This document shows, in pieces, positions 32,390-43,991 of a DNA stretch of 64,000 nucleotides. Numbering within the stretch: position 1 is the stretch's first letter; every line of letters starts with the position of its first letter. The stretch is taken from positions 1,860,001 through 1,924,000 of the forward strand of contig CP128815.1 in NCBI GenBank assembly GCA_051546255.1, read 5' to 3'. This DNA comes from Meyerozyma guilliermondii (taxonomy: Eukaryota). The position numbers were made by a program, and so were the translations under genes. The notes beneath the pieces are model-generated. The model saw only the letters and a list, made by a program, of their open reading frames with translations. It searched no databases and was not told the origin of the DNA.

Positions 32390-32595
32390 ATTTTTTCAGC
32401 TCTTTTTTAATTTACTTAAAAGAAGCAAATAGCTTACTGTTCAGGATAAGATCCATATAAGATCCTCATACCACTTACTCAGACCCCTACCTCTCGTCAA
32501 TTGCTTCTTCGCTTTAAGAGGTTGTCTATCTGGGTCGTGCGAAAATCACTTTTCATTATCGCTCACGGGAATCTCCACGGAGCCATACAACAGTC

Positions 32596-34130
32596 ATGAC
32601 TGTAGAATACGTAAGTTAACAGCATTGAGGGCTATTCCAGTGAGATTTGAGATCTATGTCCTCCAAAGAATTTAATAGGCACTTATTTTTCACCATTTAC
32701 TAACACAGTCGCCACTCATTCTTGATAGCAGTTTTTACACGGACACCAAAAACGTCGTCAGGGAGAGAATAATTCCTTGGGAAGGGTTATTTCGTGCTGG
32801 AGTGATCTCTGAGGATGATACAAACCACATCAAGATTTTGGAAAAACAATCTCCCGAGAATAAAGTGAAAACTGTGCTGTCGCAACTTGCTCTTTACTCC
32901 AACACTCTCCTTAACTTGTTGAACAAATTGGATGTAAATGGAAGAGATGACGTGTTGAAGAATATCTTGGTGTTGTTGAATGATTTGTTATTGGAATTGC
33001 CAAATCAAGAGTTCATCGACTCACTTTTGGCCATGTCGAAGGTGGACCCTTCGCTCCCATATGATCCATTTTTGAAGCATTTGGGCAATAATGACAATTA
33101 TATCAAGGCATTGTGCTTGCACAGCTTGACAATTCTCCTTTCTAAAGCCGACAAACAAGGCAATTCGGGTGCTGAAATCGATAACGAGGTTTTGATTAAA
33201 CTTTTCGATACGTTGTCTTCGAACCATTTCATCGGTAGCAACGAGTCTAGTTATCAAGCAATTGGAATCCAGATCTTGCAAGAGTTGGTAATAAGCAAGA
33301 ATTTCAGACAGGTGTACCAGAAACACAATTTAGTTTCCAATTTCAAGTCCATAAACCACTTGATTTCCAACCTGGCTAGACTTCCCAATTCGTCCAGTTT
33401 ACAGTTATCTTACAACGTATTGTTGACTACGTGGGTTTTGTCGTTCAGCGCAGACATTAATAGGCTATTGATTCACAACTACCCGGATCTCATTGGCAGC
33501 CTCTTGACCATCTCCAAGGACTCCATCAAATTGAAGATTGTCAGAATGGCGGTTTCCATTTTAAAGAACTTTGTCTCAGTGTCAAGTAGCGAGAGCGACA
33601 AGTTCAGAACCATCAAAATCATCTTGTTTGATGATGGACTTTCCATAATGAAGACTTTGCAGGAACGTAAATTTGCCTCGAGCGGTAGCGATGATGAACT
33701 TTCCAATGATTTGCAATATCTCGTCGACACTTTGAGCGAAGTTGTTTCTGAAAAATTGTCGTCTCTAGATGAGTATCTCACCCAGCTCGACAATCCCAAC
33801 CTCATCAGTTGGTCTTCTCCAGTGCATAAATCGTCTCAATTCTGGTTAGAAAATTCGGGTAAATTCAAGGACAATTCTTTCAAACTCGTCAAGCGGATCT
33901 TTCAGATATTGGACCTGGAGGCCCATGTGCCAGCCAAGGTGATTTTGTTGAACAATCTTCAATCTTTAATCAAAAATTTGGGCCAAGATTTGGTCAAGTT
34001 CATCAACGAAGCCAACGGTGGTGCGTATAAATTGCGTATTATGACGCTCTTAGACAAAAATGATGGTGATAACGAATTGAAGTATGAGGCTTTGAAAACG
34101 ATACAACTCTTGGTGGGCCATAACTTTTAA
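32596..34130 (+). CDS. VMA13: V-ATPase V1 subunit H; exons 32596-32610 and 32709-34130
   Basis: Spliced N-terminus MTVEY-SPLILDSS..RERIIPWEGL; LSSLDEY, WSSPVHKSSQFWLEN, LKYEALKTIQ; follows GLN1 as in S. cerevisiae. Confidence 0.92.
32611..32708 (+). other. Spliceosomal intron (98 nt) in VMA13
   Basis: GTAAGT donor, TACTAAC at 32698-32704, CAG acceptor; splicing gives the in-frame protein. Confidence 0.92.
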
Positions 34131-34258
34131 GTAGAAAAGATTATATTCTCTTGTGGTGTATGCACTCGCAACCGTCTATTATATGCACTCTTGTTCATCA
34201 GTTTTACGCGCACTGATCTCAAATCTTTAAAACCACTAAACAATCACAACATGCAGTT

Positions 34259-37200
34259 ATGTCATACCTAGGAATGCAATACCAGGCAAACCGACTAGCC
34301 ACGTTTGAGAACGGAGTGCGAGAAGGCAAGAATAAGAAAAGGCAATACTGGACATATGAGCTTCCAGATAGACATCATTTAGCGGAATTTGGATTTTATT
34401 TCACGCCAACAAAAGTTTATAATGACCAAATTACTTGTTTCTGTTGCAAAAAGAAAGAGAAGAACATCGAGGGCGTTGAGAATATAGCGGAATACCACCT
34501 CAAAAACAACCCAAAGTGTGCTTTCGCACATATTATTATGGCCCAGTACAATCATTCAATTGAGGGAAGCGATGCTTTCTGGCAAAGTGACCAAGCTGAA
34601 GTTCTTAGAGAACCATTTAGTAGAAGTGCGGTGGCTTTACGACGGAGAACGTTTGGTAAATATTGGCGTTTTGACAATGGAGCTCCTGTATCAGCGACCA
34701 GCCAGGCATTGGCAAAAGCAGGGTTTTTCTATTGTCCAGTTGACCAAGGAGATGACCGTACTCAGTGCGTTTACTGCAAGTTTTGCCTTGAAGGATGGAG
34801 TGAAGAAGACGATCCACTCGAAGAACATAGAAAGTACCAAAGTGATTGTTACCTACTTCATTGTGCACTGAAATTACCTGTGAAGCAAACTACGAAACCT
34901 ATGCGAAGACACTTGAGAGAAGGCTCGGCATCTCTCTCTGAAGGAGAAGGAATGTCGAACGCGACTACAGATGGCGAGTTTTCCGATGCAAATTTTACCC
35001 TGGCAGACAACCAACTAAAGGTCGATCAGGCCCTAAAAATCCAGGCCACAGATGAGGCTAGCGCAGTTTGCAATCTTTCCGCTCTGGAAGAACCTGAAGA
35101 AGAAGTCGAACCTCGACGAAAAAGTCGGCGTCTTCATAAAAATACTGTACCAGACACGAGCCAAGAGGAAGGTCATCTGTCCCTCCTTCTCTCTGACACG
35201 GAGACGAAGTTGGAATCTCGAGTGTATGGTTCCAAGAGAAAAAGAAGAAGGGCAACTCCCAGCTTATCTGAACGTAATGGTGTCGTTCATGACTCTCTAG
35301 AAAGTGACAAAGATTTGCTTTTTAGTAACAAACTGGGACCAGCGGAGGAACAAAGCTCAATAAATCTCTCGAGTCAGCAGTCAACGGATGCAAACAAAGT
35401 CCCCGAAAGTTCAAGTGATGAGATTTATGTTAGTGAAAGCACCAGGAATGTTGAAACCTCCGCTTCGTTTGCGGCTACGGAGAGCGGTGAGACTGACTCA
35501 CCAATTTCAGAAGACTCATCATTTGAACCTTCGACGAAAAGGAGGAAGTCAGCCAAAAAGCCAGCGAAGAAAGATGTTTCCAAGCTTAATTCAACCACAA
35601 GTAAGCCGCAATCTCAAAAAACCAAAGCTAAAGATCCCTTCGAGACCTCATTTGATGAGACCCGATTTAACGATGTGTTGAAGTCTCCCAAAAAGGCTTC
35701 CAAAATCAAATTGAGGTCCAGACTATCTCAGCAACCAGAGCTTGATATCGAGAGGAACCTCGGTGATTATGACGACAATCATTTGAATTCAATTGAGCAC
35801 GAAGTGGGGCATATATTTAATGGAAGCGCAGTTAAGGTTGAGAAAAGGGATCCCAAAAAGATGGTAGAAGCTAGCAAGGAGAAGCAAAAGAGAAATGTCA
35901 ATCTTGACTCGTCTTTACACGATATTTCGGGAGGTATATTTGACCTTGAAAAGTCTTTTGATGAAAATAAGAAGCGACAACTGGAATACAATCTTGTTAT
36001 AAAGGATGAGTCTCTAAAGTTCAAGGATGCTACATCACAGGAACACATGGACAGAGATCACAAAACCATGGATTTTAATACTGATCAAAATAATGATAAG
36101 CCTTTTCGTGTCGCTTCGCCCAATAATGCCTCAGAAGCAACGGAACCAAAAGAAGCCGAAGAAATACCTCCAAAGTCAACATCAAGGTACTACACAAGTC
36201 TCTTTAGTGACTCCTCTAGCGAAGCATCATTTAGGGAGAACACTGCGCCGAGAAAAGTCGATTCTCCTTTACACCAACATGAGTCTGATCCTAAGGATGA
36301 ATCGGAGCATAAACCTGCTTCTAAGCCTGATGCTAAACCTGATCCCGAATCTAGACATATGCCTGATCCTATGCCTGATCCCAAGTCTGATCGAAATACT
36401 GAAAACACTTCTAAGGACTCTGATGAGAAGTCTGCTCATACATCAGATAAGTTTGACCCCTCTACAAAGGATGCCCCATCAAATGCAATCGGTGAAATAT
36501 CAAAGGTAAATGCTAAATCACCCATCTCTCCTTCTGTTTCAAATGACGGCCACGAGTCCTCTAAAAGTGCCAGTGAAGAGTCCAAGCTAACGGCACCAAA
36601 CGACCACTCTTCAGCAACCAGCAAAAATGCGTCCTCGGCGCTGATAAATGCTGAGATTCAAGAAAAAAACCGTACTTCTACGGCTGCACCAACTTCGGTA
36701 AACCACAGCTTGGTAAGACTGCCAGTAGAGATGCCAAATAAGGAAAGATACCGAAGCTCACCAATCTTGGAGTCTTCAGTTCAGAACTTGCGAAAACTGC
36801 CAGCGAAGAGCCCTCATGTCAATTCTTCTCAGATAGATATTCGGAAATCTATTTTACCAGAGTTGTCTTCCAAAGCAGATTTTGCAGCCGAACCTTCACC
36901 AACTCACATCTCGACCAACAAAGAACGAGGTGGAAAACCAGCAGAGTCTCCAGATCATAGGAATCAGAAAAGCGAAACACTTCTGGAGCAAATAGACCGC
37001 TTCTCTGCCAGTTTCAGCAACGTATTGGAAGCAAGTACACCGCAAAAAAAAGTTGCAGCAGGTCTGCAATCGTGGGTATCAAGACCCCTCTCCCAGCTAT
37101 TAGAAGTTATAGACAAGCTTGAAGGGGCCTCTGAGTACCTCACTAATATCGTATCGTCAGAGTATGATCTACATAATGATTTTGATGGCCGTCTTACTTC

Positions 37201-37384
37201 GTTCATCTCTTCGATGCCAGAGGAGGAAGAAGATATGACAATTCAAGAATGGGTCAAACATAATGCAAGCATGTGTCGGAAAGTGGCCAAAGAAACATGC
37301 AATAGTCTCATCGAAACATACAGGGAAGAATTCAATCGAGCTTTGCGTATACTTGAATCACTACCTACATCGGACTCACCATAA
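34259..37384 (+). CDS. BIR1: Chromosomal passenger BIR-domain protein (survivin-like)
   Basis: Two BIR repeats (RLATF..LAEFGFYF..C..C..H..C; RRRTF..LAKAGFFY..CVYC..LEGW..H..C), long disordered middle, MPEEEEDMTIQEWV C-terminal helix. Confidence 0.9.
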   Translation: MSYLGMQYQANRLATFENGVREGKNKKRQYWTYELPDRHHLAEFGFYFTPTKVYNDQITCFCCKKKEKNIEGVENIAEYHLKNNPKCAFAHIIMAQYNHSIEGSDAFWQSDQAEVLREPFSRSAVALRRRTFGKYWRFDNGAPVSATSQALAKAGFFYCPVDQGDDRTQCVYCKFCLEGWSEEDDPLEEHRKYQSDCYLLHCALKLPVKQTTKPMRRHLREGSASLSEGEGMSNATTDGEFSDANFTLADNQLKVDQALKIQATDEASAVCNLSALEEPEEEVEPRRKSRRLHKNTVPDTSQEEGHLSLLLSDTETKLESRVYGSKRKRRRATPSLSERNGVVHDSLESDKDLLFSNKLGPAEEQSSINLSSQQSTDANKVPESSSDEIYVSESTRNVETSASFAATESGETDSPISEDSSFEPSTKRRKSAKKPAKKDVSKLNSTTSKPQSQKTKAKDPFETSFDETRFNDVLKSPKKASKIKLRSRLSQQPELDIERNLGDYDDNHLNSIEHEVGHIFNGSAVKVEKRDPKKMVEASKEKQKRNVNLDSSLHDISGGIFDLEKSFDENKKRQLEYNLVIKDESLKFKDATSQEHMDRDHKTMDFNTDQNNDKPFRVASPNNASEATEPKEAEEIPPKSTSRYYTSLFSDSSSEASFRENTAPRKVDSPLHQHESDPKDESEHKPASKPDAKPDPESRHMPDPMPDPKSDRNTENTSKDSDEKSAHTSDKFDPSTKDAPSNAIGEISKVNAKSPISPSVSNDGHESSKSASEESKLTAPNDHSSATSKNASSALINAEIQEKNRTSTAAPTSVNHSLVRLPVEMPNKERYRSSPILESSVQNLRKLPAKSPHVNSSQIDIRKSILPELSSKADFAAEPSPTHISTNKERGGKPAESPDHRNQKSETLLEQIDRFSASFSNVLEASTPQKKVAAGLQSWVSRPLSQLLEVIDKLEGASEYLTNIVSSEYDLHNDFDGRLTSFISSMPEEEEDMTIQEWVKHNASMCRKVAKETCNSLIETYREEFNRALRILESLPTSDSP

Positions 37385-38214
37385 TGAGAAAGTCATTGTC
37401 ACCTCGATAATTCATACACTATAAATCGCTATTTCATTGGTGTCTTGTTTCACATTGTAGAAACTAACTTTTTTTCTTTCATTTTTTCATGAAACTTCTC
37501 TAAAGAGAGACCCATACATGTATAGGGGTCATTTTGTCGTAGTAAAGTTCAAATGTTGTGAAGTATTTCAAAGCTGTGAAGTTCAGTGTGTCATAGCTTG
37601 CTTAGCTATGTATAAGAATACTAGAGGGTCCTAACGAATTTGCATGTCCCTTTATGCCCCATATAGCGTGGCTGCGAAATTTACTTTCAATCCAAAGACC
37701 AAAAGTGTCAAATCCAGGCGATGAACTACAATTTCTGGTACATCAGTAGCTTGTTGGAGTGAGGACCTGGTTTTTTTGCTGGTATTCCAGTATTTTAGCC
37801 CGATGGTCAGACTAGTTTCTGCTACAGCCACTGTCTTTATCTTAACATTCTTCGTGCCAAAATCGACTAAAGTATGCTACAGATTACACTTCCTACATAA
37901 TAAAGCGTAACATATCAAAATGAAGAATCAAGCAAAAGCATATACCAACTCTACATCGGTTACTAGTTATTAACTCTCCAACGGTTTGTTGGTTTATCGG
38001 GTTTTGCATCCGTGCACCAGTGTATACCTGCAGGCTACGGAATACTTCACTGACCATTACTAGAGCCGCATTACCAACGGATCACAATCACGTATTTTGG
38101 TCACGAAACTTGACAGAACGGACCCCTCGATCCGTGCGAGAGCATTCATACACTTCCAAGTCATTTAGCAAACTCTAGCCCACATTTACATGCTCTGAAA
38201 CTGAACCATAATCA

Positions 38215-40863
38215 ATGTCATTTTGGCCATTTTCGAATTCGTTCAACAGCAACAGCAAGTTGCGAAAAGTATTGGACCAGATAGTGGACTTGTCGAAGAC
38301 TACTGTGGACGATTTTCTTCTGGATCCGGAAATTCTGCAAGAACTCGTGAGTGAGCTTCATAGTATCAAAGCATCATACAATAATCGAAAAAATAATGTG
38401 CTCCAATTGCAGCTGCAACGGAACCAAGATAGCAATTGGAACGGATCTGATCTGATTTCCGTGACTTCCTCTACCAATGAAAACTCAAGTAATCGAGATG
38501 GACAGGGTGCCAAGTTGTTGGAGATTCTTTTGGAACCACATATTCTTACTGGATTTATGAACTATATTGTCGACAGTGTGGAGTTTTTCAATCACCTAAA
38601 CAAGCACCGGGAACAAGAACAAGTGGAAAAGACCACAAATCTTACGGACCAAGTGATGGTAGAGCAAGCGGAAGTGACAGATAAAAGTGGAGACGAAGAA
38701 CAAGACGAAGAAGAGTCAGAGGAAGACAGAATACGCCGCTGCATCCTGGTGTCGTCGGAAATTTTATCGGTAGACCTTTGGCTCATTTCGAACCGCATTA
38801 TAGAAACTCCAGTTATCATGGAAAAGCTTTGGCTGATCCTATACATCCCCCACCTCAGCGACAGCTTGCCCACGGTGACTTATCTTGTGCATATTTTGGA
38901 TCAGCTCATGGACACAAATAGCATTGAACTCCTCAATTTTGTTCGTCGACAGCCTGACTTGGTCGACATGTTTTTGTCGATGATCGAAGTGCCTATGATT
39001 ATGGATTTTTTTCTTCGTATTATCCAAACCGATAAGGCTGAGTCGCCCACCGGCATCATAGAAAATTTGGCTCAGCAGAACCTCATTCCCAAATTGATTA
39101 GTATACTCAAACCGCATCCGTCTCAGTTTGAAGCTAGTTGTGAGATTCCAAACCATGAGCTTTTTTTCCGCCAAACTGCCGCTGCCGATTTCATGCGTGC
39201 TTTGGTGACAATCTCCTCCAATACTGCTTTGGCAACAGTCCTTGAAACGAACATTGGTCCTAATTTGCTCACCCACGAGCTAGTATCTCCTACGATAATC
39301 AAGACTATGATCAACGATATCATGCTCTATCAACCTCCTACGGGTCTGACTCGCAACGGTTCGAAAACCAACAAGCACGGGATAAATAATTGCGTCGGAA
39401 TCATCATCGAGATAATTCGAAAAAACAATTCAGACTACGACTTGAATTGCGGATCTTACAGCTCTTTGTTACAAAATACCAATGGAGATGGCCCCACGGA
39501 AGTCAATTCATATGTAATGTTCCAATGGCTTAAAGACTTTGAACAAAACCCGCCCGGCCCTCGTGATCCCATCTACTTGGGCGAGATGTTGGCTATCTTT
39601 TCTGACCATCTTGAAGATTTTGTGAGCTTGATGGATACAGCAGAGGAAGAGCCAAACAAGTTGGGTTTCACAAGGTTCAAGGTTGCGGAATTGGTGGCCG
39701 AATTGCTTCATTGCAGTAACATGATTTTGCTCAACAGTAAGAAGATTCGAAAGATAATGAAGGTACGAGAACATGTCAGGTTTCAACGTGATAGAAGACT
39801 CAAGAAAGCTCTTAAGGAAAGTCTCCCGACTTCTGTTGATCATAAGGATGGCGCTGTAGACGCCTTGGCTTCGGGTCTTGATGATGTTTCTCTCTTTGAC
39901 TTTAAAATTGACGACGATGAAGATGCCTTGATAATCAGCGACCTACTTTCCTCGCTTGACGAAGATGTTTCTGACGACGATGAGCCTGTAATATCGCCGG
40001 AAGAACCTTTTGTTTGCAAGAAACGAGATCTTGAGACCAGAAAGGATCCATGTGTCGGCGACTACTTTAAAATCAAGCTAACGGACCTGAACATCGTGCT
40101 GCAAATTATCGGCAACTTCACCAAGTTTCCATGGCACAATTTTTTCCATAATGTGGTGTTTGACTTGATCCAGCAGGTTTTCAATGGAAAACTCAACTCC
40201 TATAACTCGTTCATTATCGTGGACTTATTTCGTCCCGAAAAGCACAATCTTACAAAAATGGTTGTGGATGCATACCGTGATGCTGGCGAACCTCGACCCG
40301 GTTATATGGGTCACCTTATTCTCATTAGTGAAGAAATCGTCAAATTTACTTCACTCTACAAGCCTGACTTGATCTCGCCGGTAATAGTGAGTGCTGTGAG
40401 CACACCAGATTGGGAGTGGTTTGTCGGCGATGTTCTACTCAAGACCAGAGAACTGTACAATGTTGTACTAGGAGCCGAATCAGAAGAGGGAACTACCGCT
40501 GGAAATGACGAAGACGAGAACGAATCGTATGGGTTTGATTCCTCTACTGTGGGGTACATTGATTTGGGAGCATACGAAGGAAAGGCCAAGAAAAGTGCTA
40601 TATTGCTTGGAGACCGAACGAACCACGACTTATTTATTAACGAAGAAGGACATGACATAGAAGATGAAACAATTGATCATCAAGTTCCTGACGTTGGAAG
40701 AATGTCGCCTGGGAACCTTGCGACGATGAACGACGAGCTCGAAGGCGATGAGGACACATCTCGAGATTACGACGATGTGGAGAACCTTTCTGGATCCGAC
40801 TCGTCAGACGACGAAGAGGACGATGGAAATAAGTTGCGGCGGGTACCAAAGCATAATGAATAG
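38215..40863 (+). CDS. SAP155: Sit4 phosphatase-associated protein (SAPS family)
   Basis: MSFWPF start, MDFFLRII, IGPNLLTHELVS, IIEIIRKNNSDYD, LGFTRFKVAELVAELLHCSNM, FPWHNFFHNVVFD, GYMGHL. Confidence 0.88.
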   Translation: MSFWPFSNSFNSNSKLRKVLDQIVDLSKTTVDDFLLDPEILQELVSELHSIKASYNNRKNNVLQLQLQRNQDSNWNGSDLISVTSSTNENSSNRDGQGAKLLEILLEPHILTGFMNYIVDSVEFFNHLNKHREQEQVEKTTNLTDQVMVEQAEVTDKSGDEEQDEEESEEDRIRRCILVSSEILSVDLWLISNRIIETPVIMEKLWLILYIPHLSDSLPTVTYLVHILDQLMDTNSIELLNFVRRQPDLVDMFLSMIEVPMIMDFFLRIIQTDKAESPTGIIENLAQQNLIPKLISILKPHPSQFEASCEIPNHELFFRQTAAADFMRALVTISSNTALATVLETNIGPNLLTHELVSPTIIKTMINDIMLYQPPTGLTRNGSKTNKHGINNCVGIIIEIIRKNNSDYDLNCGSYSSLLQNTNGDGPTEVNSYVMFQWLKDFEQNPPGPRDPIYLGEMLAIFSDHLEDFVSLMDTAEEEPNKLGFTRFKVAELVAELLHCSNMILLNSKKIRKIMKVREHVRFQRDRRLKKALKESLPTSVDHKDGAVDALASGLDDVSLFDFKIDDDEDALIISDLLSSLDEDVSDDDEPVISPEEPFVCKKRDLETRKDPCVGDYFKIKLTDLNIVLQIIGNFTKFPWHNFFHNVVFDLIQQVFNGKLNSYNSFIIVDLFRPEKHNLTKMVVDAYRDAGEPRPGYMGHLILISEEIVKFTSLYKPDLISPVIVSAVSTPDWEWFVGDVLLKTRELYNVVLGAESEEGTTAGNDEDENESYGFDSSTVGYIDLGAYEGKAKKSAILLGDRTNHDLFINEEGHDIEDETIDHQVPDVGRMSPGNLATMNDELEGDEDTSRDYDDVENLSGSDSSDDEEDDGNKLRRVPKHNE

Positions 40864-40871
40864 CTTATATA

Positions 40872-41768
40872 TCATTTGCGCTTACGAGCGTTGGGTCTTC
40901 CGTAGACCACTTTTCCGTTCGGCAACTCGATGCGCTCACCTTTCTTCTTCTTCTTTTTGATTTCCTGGGGTTCTGATTCCGAGACAGGTTTGGGAGGTGG
41001 ACTCAAGTCTATAATACCCAAAACTTTGCCTAGCGAAATGTTCCACAAATATACAGGGAGTGTCACCAACACCGATTCTTTTATACTGGGATTGACATTG
41101 ACGTCGTTTTCGTCGATCAAGATTCGTTCTCCATCGTGAACGAGAAAAATTTCACCCAGGGCAGAAACTATAAATTCCTTGCCATTGGCATCATTTTGGA
41201 TTTTTCTATCGCTTCCGTCCGCCGGAGGAACCGCCGAGCCACCCCAGGCCAGATTTTTCAAGTCGGTTTTCAAGTTGACAATTCTCTTGTAATCTTGGCT
41301 TCTGCTGATTTTGAGTGCGACCCACTGCAAAACTCCTACCAAAATGTAGAGCATAAAAACAGTCAAAACAAGCCCAGGGCGAAATTTGGAGTAGTAGTAG
41401 CCAGTACCCTTCCATTTGGGAAACCCTTTATCGAGAAAGTAGTCGTATCTGCGTTTTAAAGACTGGTCTCTTAGTATATTTCCAACTAGAGAAAGCCGTT
41501 GAAACCGCTCTTCGGCCGTTTTCCGGGCACTTTTCGAGCTTCCGCCAACCTTGTCTGGGTGCAATTGACGCGATTTACGCCTATATGCTTTGGAAATTTC
41601 TTGAACGGTGGCAGATCGATCGAGGTCCAACCACGAGTAAAAAGTGGAGCCCTCACCCAAGTCGTGTGTGACTTTATCGTTCAAACCAAAGATCTCGTAG
41701 TCCTCCTTGGTCCACGCAAGGCAGAAGGACACGAGCACTAGCCATGAAACTGTATAGAAGAGCTTCAT
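40872..41768 (-). CDS. ERJ5: ER-localized J-domain protein
   Basis: Signal peptide then WTKEDYEIF, J domain with HPD, RYDYFLDKGFPKWKGTGYYYSKFRPG, TM; ATG 41768. Confidence 0.9.
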   Translation of the reverse strand: MKLFYTVSWLVLVSFCLAWTKEDYEIFGLNDKVTHDLGEGSTFYSWLDLDRSATVQEISKAYRRKSRQLHPDKVGGSSKSARKTAEERFQRLSLVGNILRDQSLKRRYDYFLDKGFPKWKGTGYYYSKFRPGLVLTVFMLYILVGVLQWVALKISRSQDYKRIVNLKTDLKNLAWGGSAVPPADGSDRKIQNDANGKEFIVSALGEIFLVHDGERILIDENDVNVNPSIKESVLVTLPVYLWNISLGKVLGIIDLSPPPKPVSESEPQEIKKKKKKGERIELPNGKVVYGRPNARKRK

Positions 41769-41933
41769 TTTGTGACCATCAGTAAAGTTGAAGTTGTTCG
41801 CGAAGTGAAATATTCGCGAGAATATTTCTCGAAATAATTGAGATTGAAATTTGAGAATTGAATTTAGCATAGCAGCGCTTAAGTATAAGTGCCACAACAA
41901 CCACAAATAACAACAAATTACCGATTTACCATT

Positions 41934-42587
41934 ATGCCATATTCCCTTTCATTTCCCGAAAAATGTCTTTTCTACGTTAATATCGTGGCGATGACTCTTT
42001 GGTTCTGCTGCTTGGTAAGATTCATGGTGCTTCTTCCTCTCGTTGGAAGACGGTTTTTACCCGGGGGAATTGCTGATTTCTTTCACACGGTGGCATTGAT
42101 CCCACTATTAACGTATTTTGTTGTTCGAATCACAAAATGGAATGTTTTGAAGCTCCGCAAAAATGCCGTGTTCAGCTGGGGTCTTTTTAATGCTCTACAC
42201 ATGGCATGGATATGCTACGGAGTCATCTACCCACACCCCAAGATTGCAAAACATACTACCTACTCGCTTATATTGTTCTCGTGGTGTGTTCTGAACACGA
42301 TTCAATATGCCCATTATGCATTTTTCGTCAAGACAAAACGAAGCCCCACATGGCTCAGATGGAGTGCTTACAACAGTTTTTACTTGACGTTTCCTCTTGG
42401 TGTGATTGGAGAATTGGGCCAGATTTTCTTGAGCTTGACGTTTGTGGAAGAAGCACTGTTTTTGGACTGGTCCATAAGGCTCACGGCGGTATTATTCGTG
42501 CCTGTTGCATACGCTTTTTACAAGCACCTCAGGGAAAAGGCTGCCTATCATGGACGTCCTGGACGTAACTCCGTCGCCAGGCAGTAA
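41934..42587 (+). CDS. KEG1: ER membrane protein, Kre6-binding beta-1,6-glucan synthesis factor (PTPLA-like)
   Basis: LLPLVGRRFLPGGI motif; multiple TMs; SAP155-ERJ5-KEG1 order as in S. cerevisiae. Confidence 0.8.
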   Translation: MPYSLSFPEKCLFYVNIVAMTLWFCCLVRFMVLLPLVGRRFLPGGIADFFHTVALIPLLTYFVVRITKWNVLKLRKNAVFSWGLFNALHMAWICYGVIYPHPKIAKHTTYSLILFSWCVLNTIQYAHYAFFVKTKRSPTWLRWSAYNSFYLTFPLGVIGELGQIFLSLTFVEEALFLDWSIRLTAVLFVPVAYAFYKHLREKAAYHGRPGRNSVARQ

Positions 42588-43934
42588 TTACACCTTGACA
42601 TTCAAACGGGCACCCACAATTGAAGCACGACTGAGAATCCAGAAAAATGTTCCGGTGACGAGCAAGACACCAACTACCCCCACAAACACAGTATAGTTGT
42701 GCACGGACCCGTTGCCAATGATGGCGGCGCCAATGGGCAAACCCACCAAGTTTCCAAGACTGAGGACCGCATTTAAGATTCCGTATCTTTCTCCAAACTC
42801 GGAAACCGGACTAATTTGGGCAAGACAGGAAGGTACCATGGTCAAGATCAGACCGGAAAAATAGCCTCCCACCGCTGCAAAGGCATAGAGGACTTTGAGA
42901 CTGGAGCCAAAAGGTAACCAGAGCATAAAAACACAGAGATCAAGCCCGAAAATCATGACAATGTTGACGTTGAATTTGCCATAGTAGTCCGATGCGAGGG
43001 CCGGAATCCATCGACCAAGAATACCCGTAGCGTTCCACACGGTAAGTAGCAAGTATGAGGTGGACTCCGACACGCCCTGGGCCATGGCATAGGTAGCAAA
43101 ATAGGTTAGAATGAGGACAAGCGAAAGTTCGGTGCAAAACACTCCAGTTATCATCAAGGCATAGGTGCGGTTTTTGAGTTTCGAGAGCGAAAAAAGCCCG
43201 ATTTTGTTGGAAAAGGTCTTCCACTTGGACTCGGAGTCGGCTGGGGGATCGGGTTCACGAGTCAAGCGTTCTCGTGCAAGAATAACCGCACTCACCATGC
43301 ATCCTAGACACACAAAAGCCAAGGTTCGAATGGCCCAAACGAATCCAGATGTCAGGTACATGTGCCGAAGCATAAGCGGAAACACCAAGCCGCCTACCGA
43401 GCCGCCACTGGTAGCTATTCCGGTGGAATTTCCTCGGCGTTTGAAGAACCAGTGGTTGATGACTGCGACCAACGGAGTGAGTCCAACGCCGTTTCCGATC
43501 CCGATACAGATAAACGAGAGGATAAAGTGGGATATTTTGGTGCTGCTGGCTGTGCCCATGAGTCCAGCAAAGAGCAAAATCGTGGCAATTACCAAGAGTT
43601 CAAGAGCTCCATGGCGGTCAAAAATGGGTCCGATAAAAATGCCAATTGCATAGGCTAGAGCCAAGTAAATGGAGAAAATCCACGCCACACTGGACGCCGC
43701 CACGCCTGCCAACTGATGGGTGGAAACATAGGCTTGAATTGCTCCTATGGAGTTTATAAGTCCCATGTTTACAACAAGTCCGAGAAACGATCCACACAAT
43801 ACCAGATAAGCTTTCCAGCCACCATCGGGATAGTTTTCTTCTTCTATGGTAGAAACGGTGTCTGTGTCTGTCGATGTGGTGCGTCGCTGCGAAAGAACGT
43901 TTAGGTGGATGTCATTTGTGTGTAATTCTGTCAT
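42588..43934 (-). CDS. MFS monocarboxylate-transporter homologue (Mch4/Mch5 family)
   Basis: YPDGGWKAYLV, GPIFDRHG, HWFFKRRG..TGIATSGGSVGG, FVWAIR, GRWIP, EFGERYG. Confidence 0.9.
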   Translation of the reverse strand: MTELHTNDIHLNVLSQRRTTSTDTDTVSTIEEENYPDGGWKAYLVLCGSFLGLVVNMGLINSIGAIQAYVSTHQLAGVAASSVAWIFSIYLALAYAIGIFIGPIFDRHGALELLVIATILLFAGLMGTASSTKISHFILSFICIGIGNGVGLTPLVAVINHWFFKRRGNSTGIATSGGSVGGLVFPLMLRHMYLTSGFVWAIRTLAFVCLGCMVSAVILARERLTREPDPPADSESKWKTFSNKIGLFSLSKLKNRTYALMITGVFCTELSLVLILTYFATYAMAQGVSESTSYLLLTVWNATGILGRWIPALASDYYGKFNVNIVMIFGLDLCVFMLWLPFGSSLKVLYAFAAVGGYFSGLILTMVPSCLAQISPVSEFGERYGILNAVLSLGNLVGLPIGAAIIGNGSVHNYTVFVGVVGVLLVTGTFFWILSRASIVGARLNVKV

Positions 43935-43984
43935 GTCGATTGTAGTGAATAATTATACAAACTATAGTCTCTGCATATAATCAC

Positions 43985-43991
43985 TGAGTCA
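43985..43991. promoter_or_regulatory. TGAGTCA (Gcn4/AP-1) site about 50 nt upstream of the MCH gene, with a GATAAG (minus strand) at about 44018-44023
   Basis: Exact consensus matches. Confidence 0.4.

Noticed and set aside
37385..38214. 830-bp intergenic region with small hairpins (about 37496-37530), checked for ncRNA or LTR
   Set aside because: No snRNA, RNase P/MRP, telomerase-template or LTR hallmarks recognised by eye
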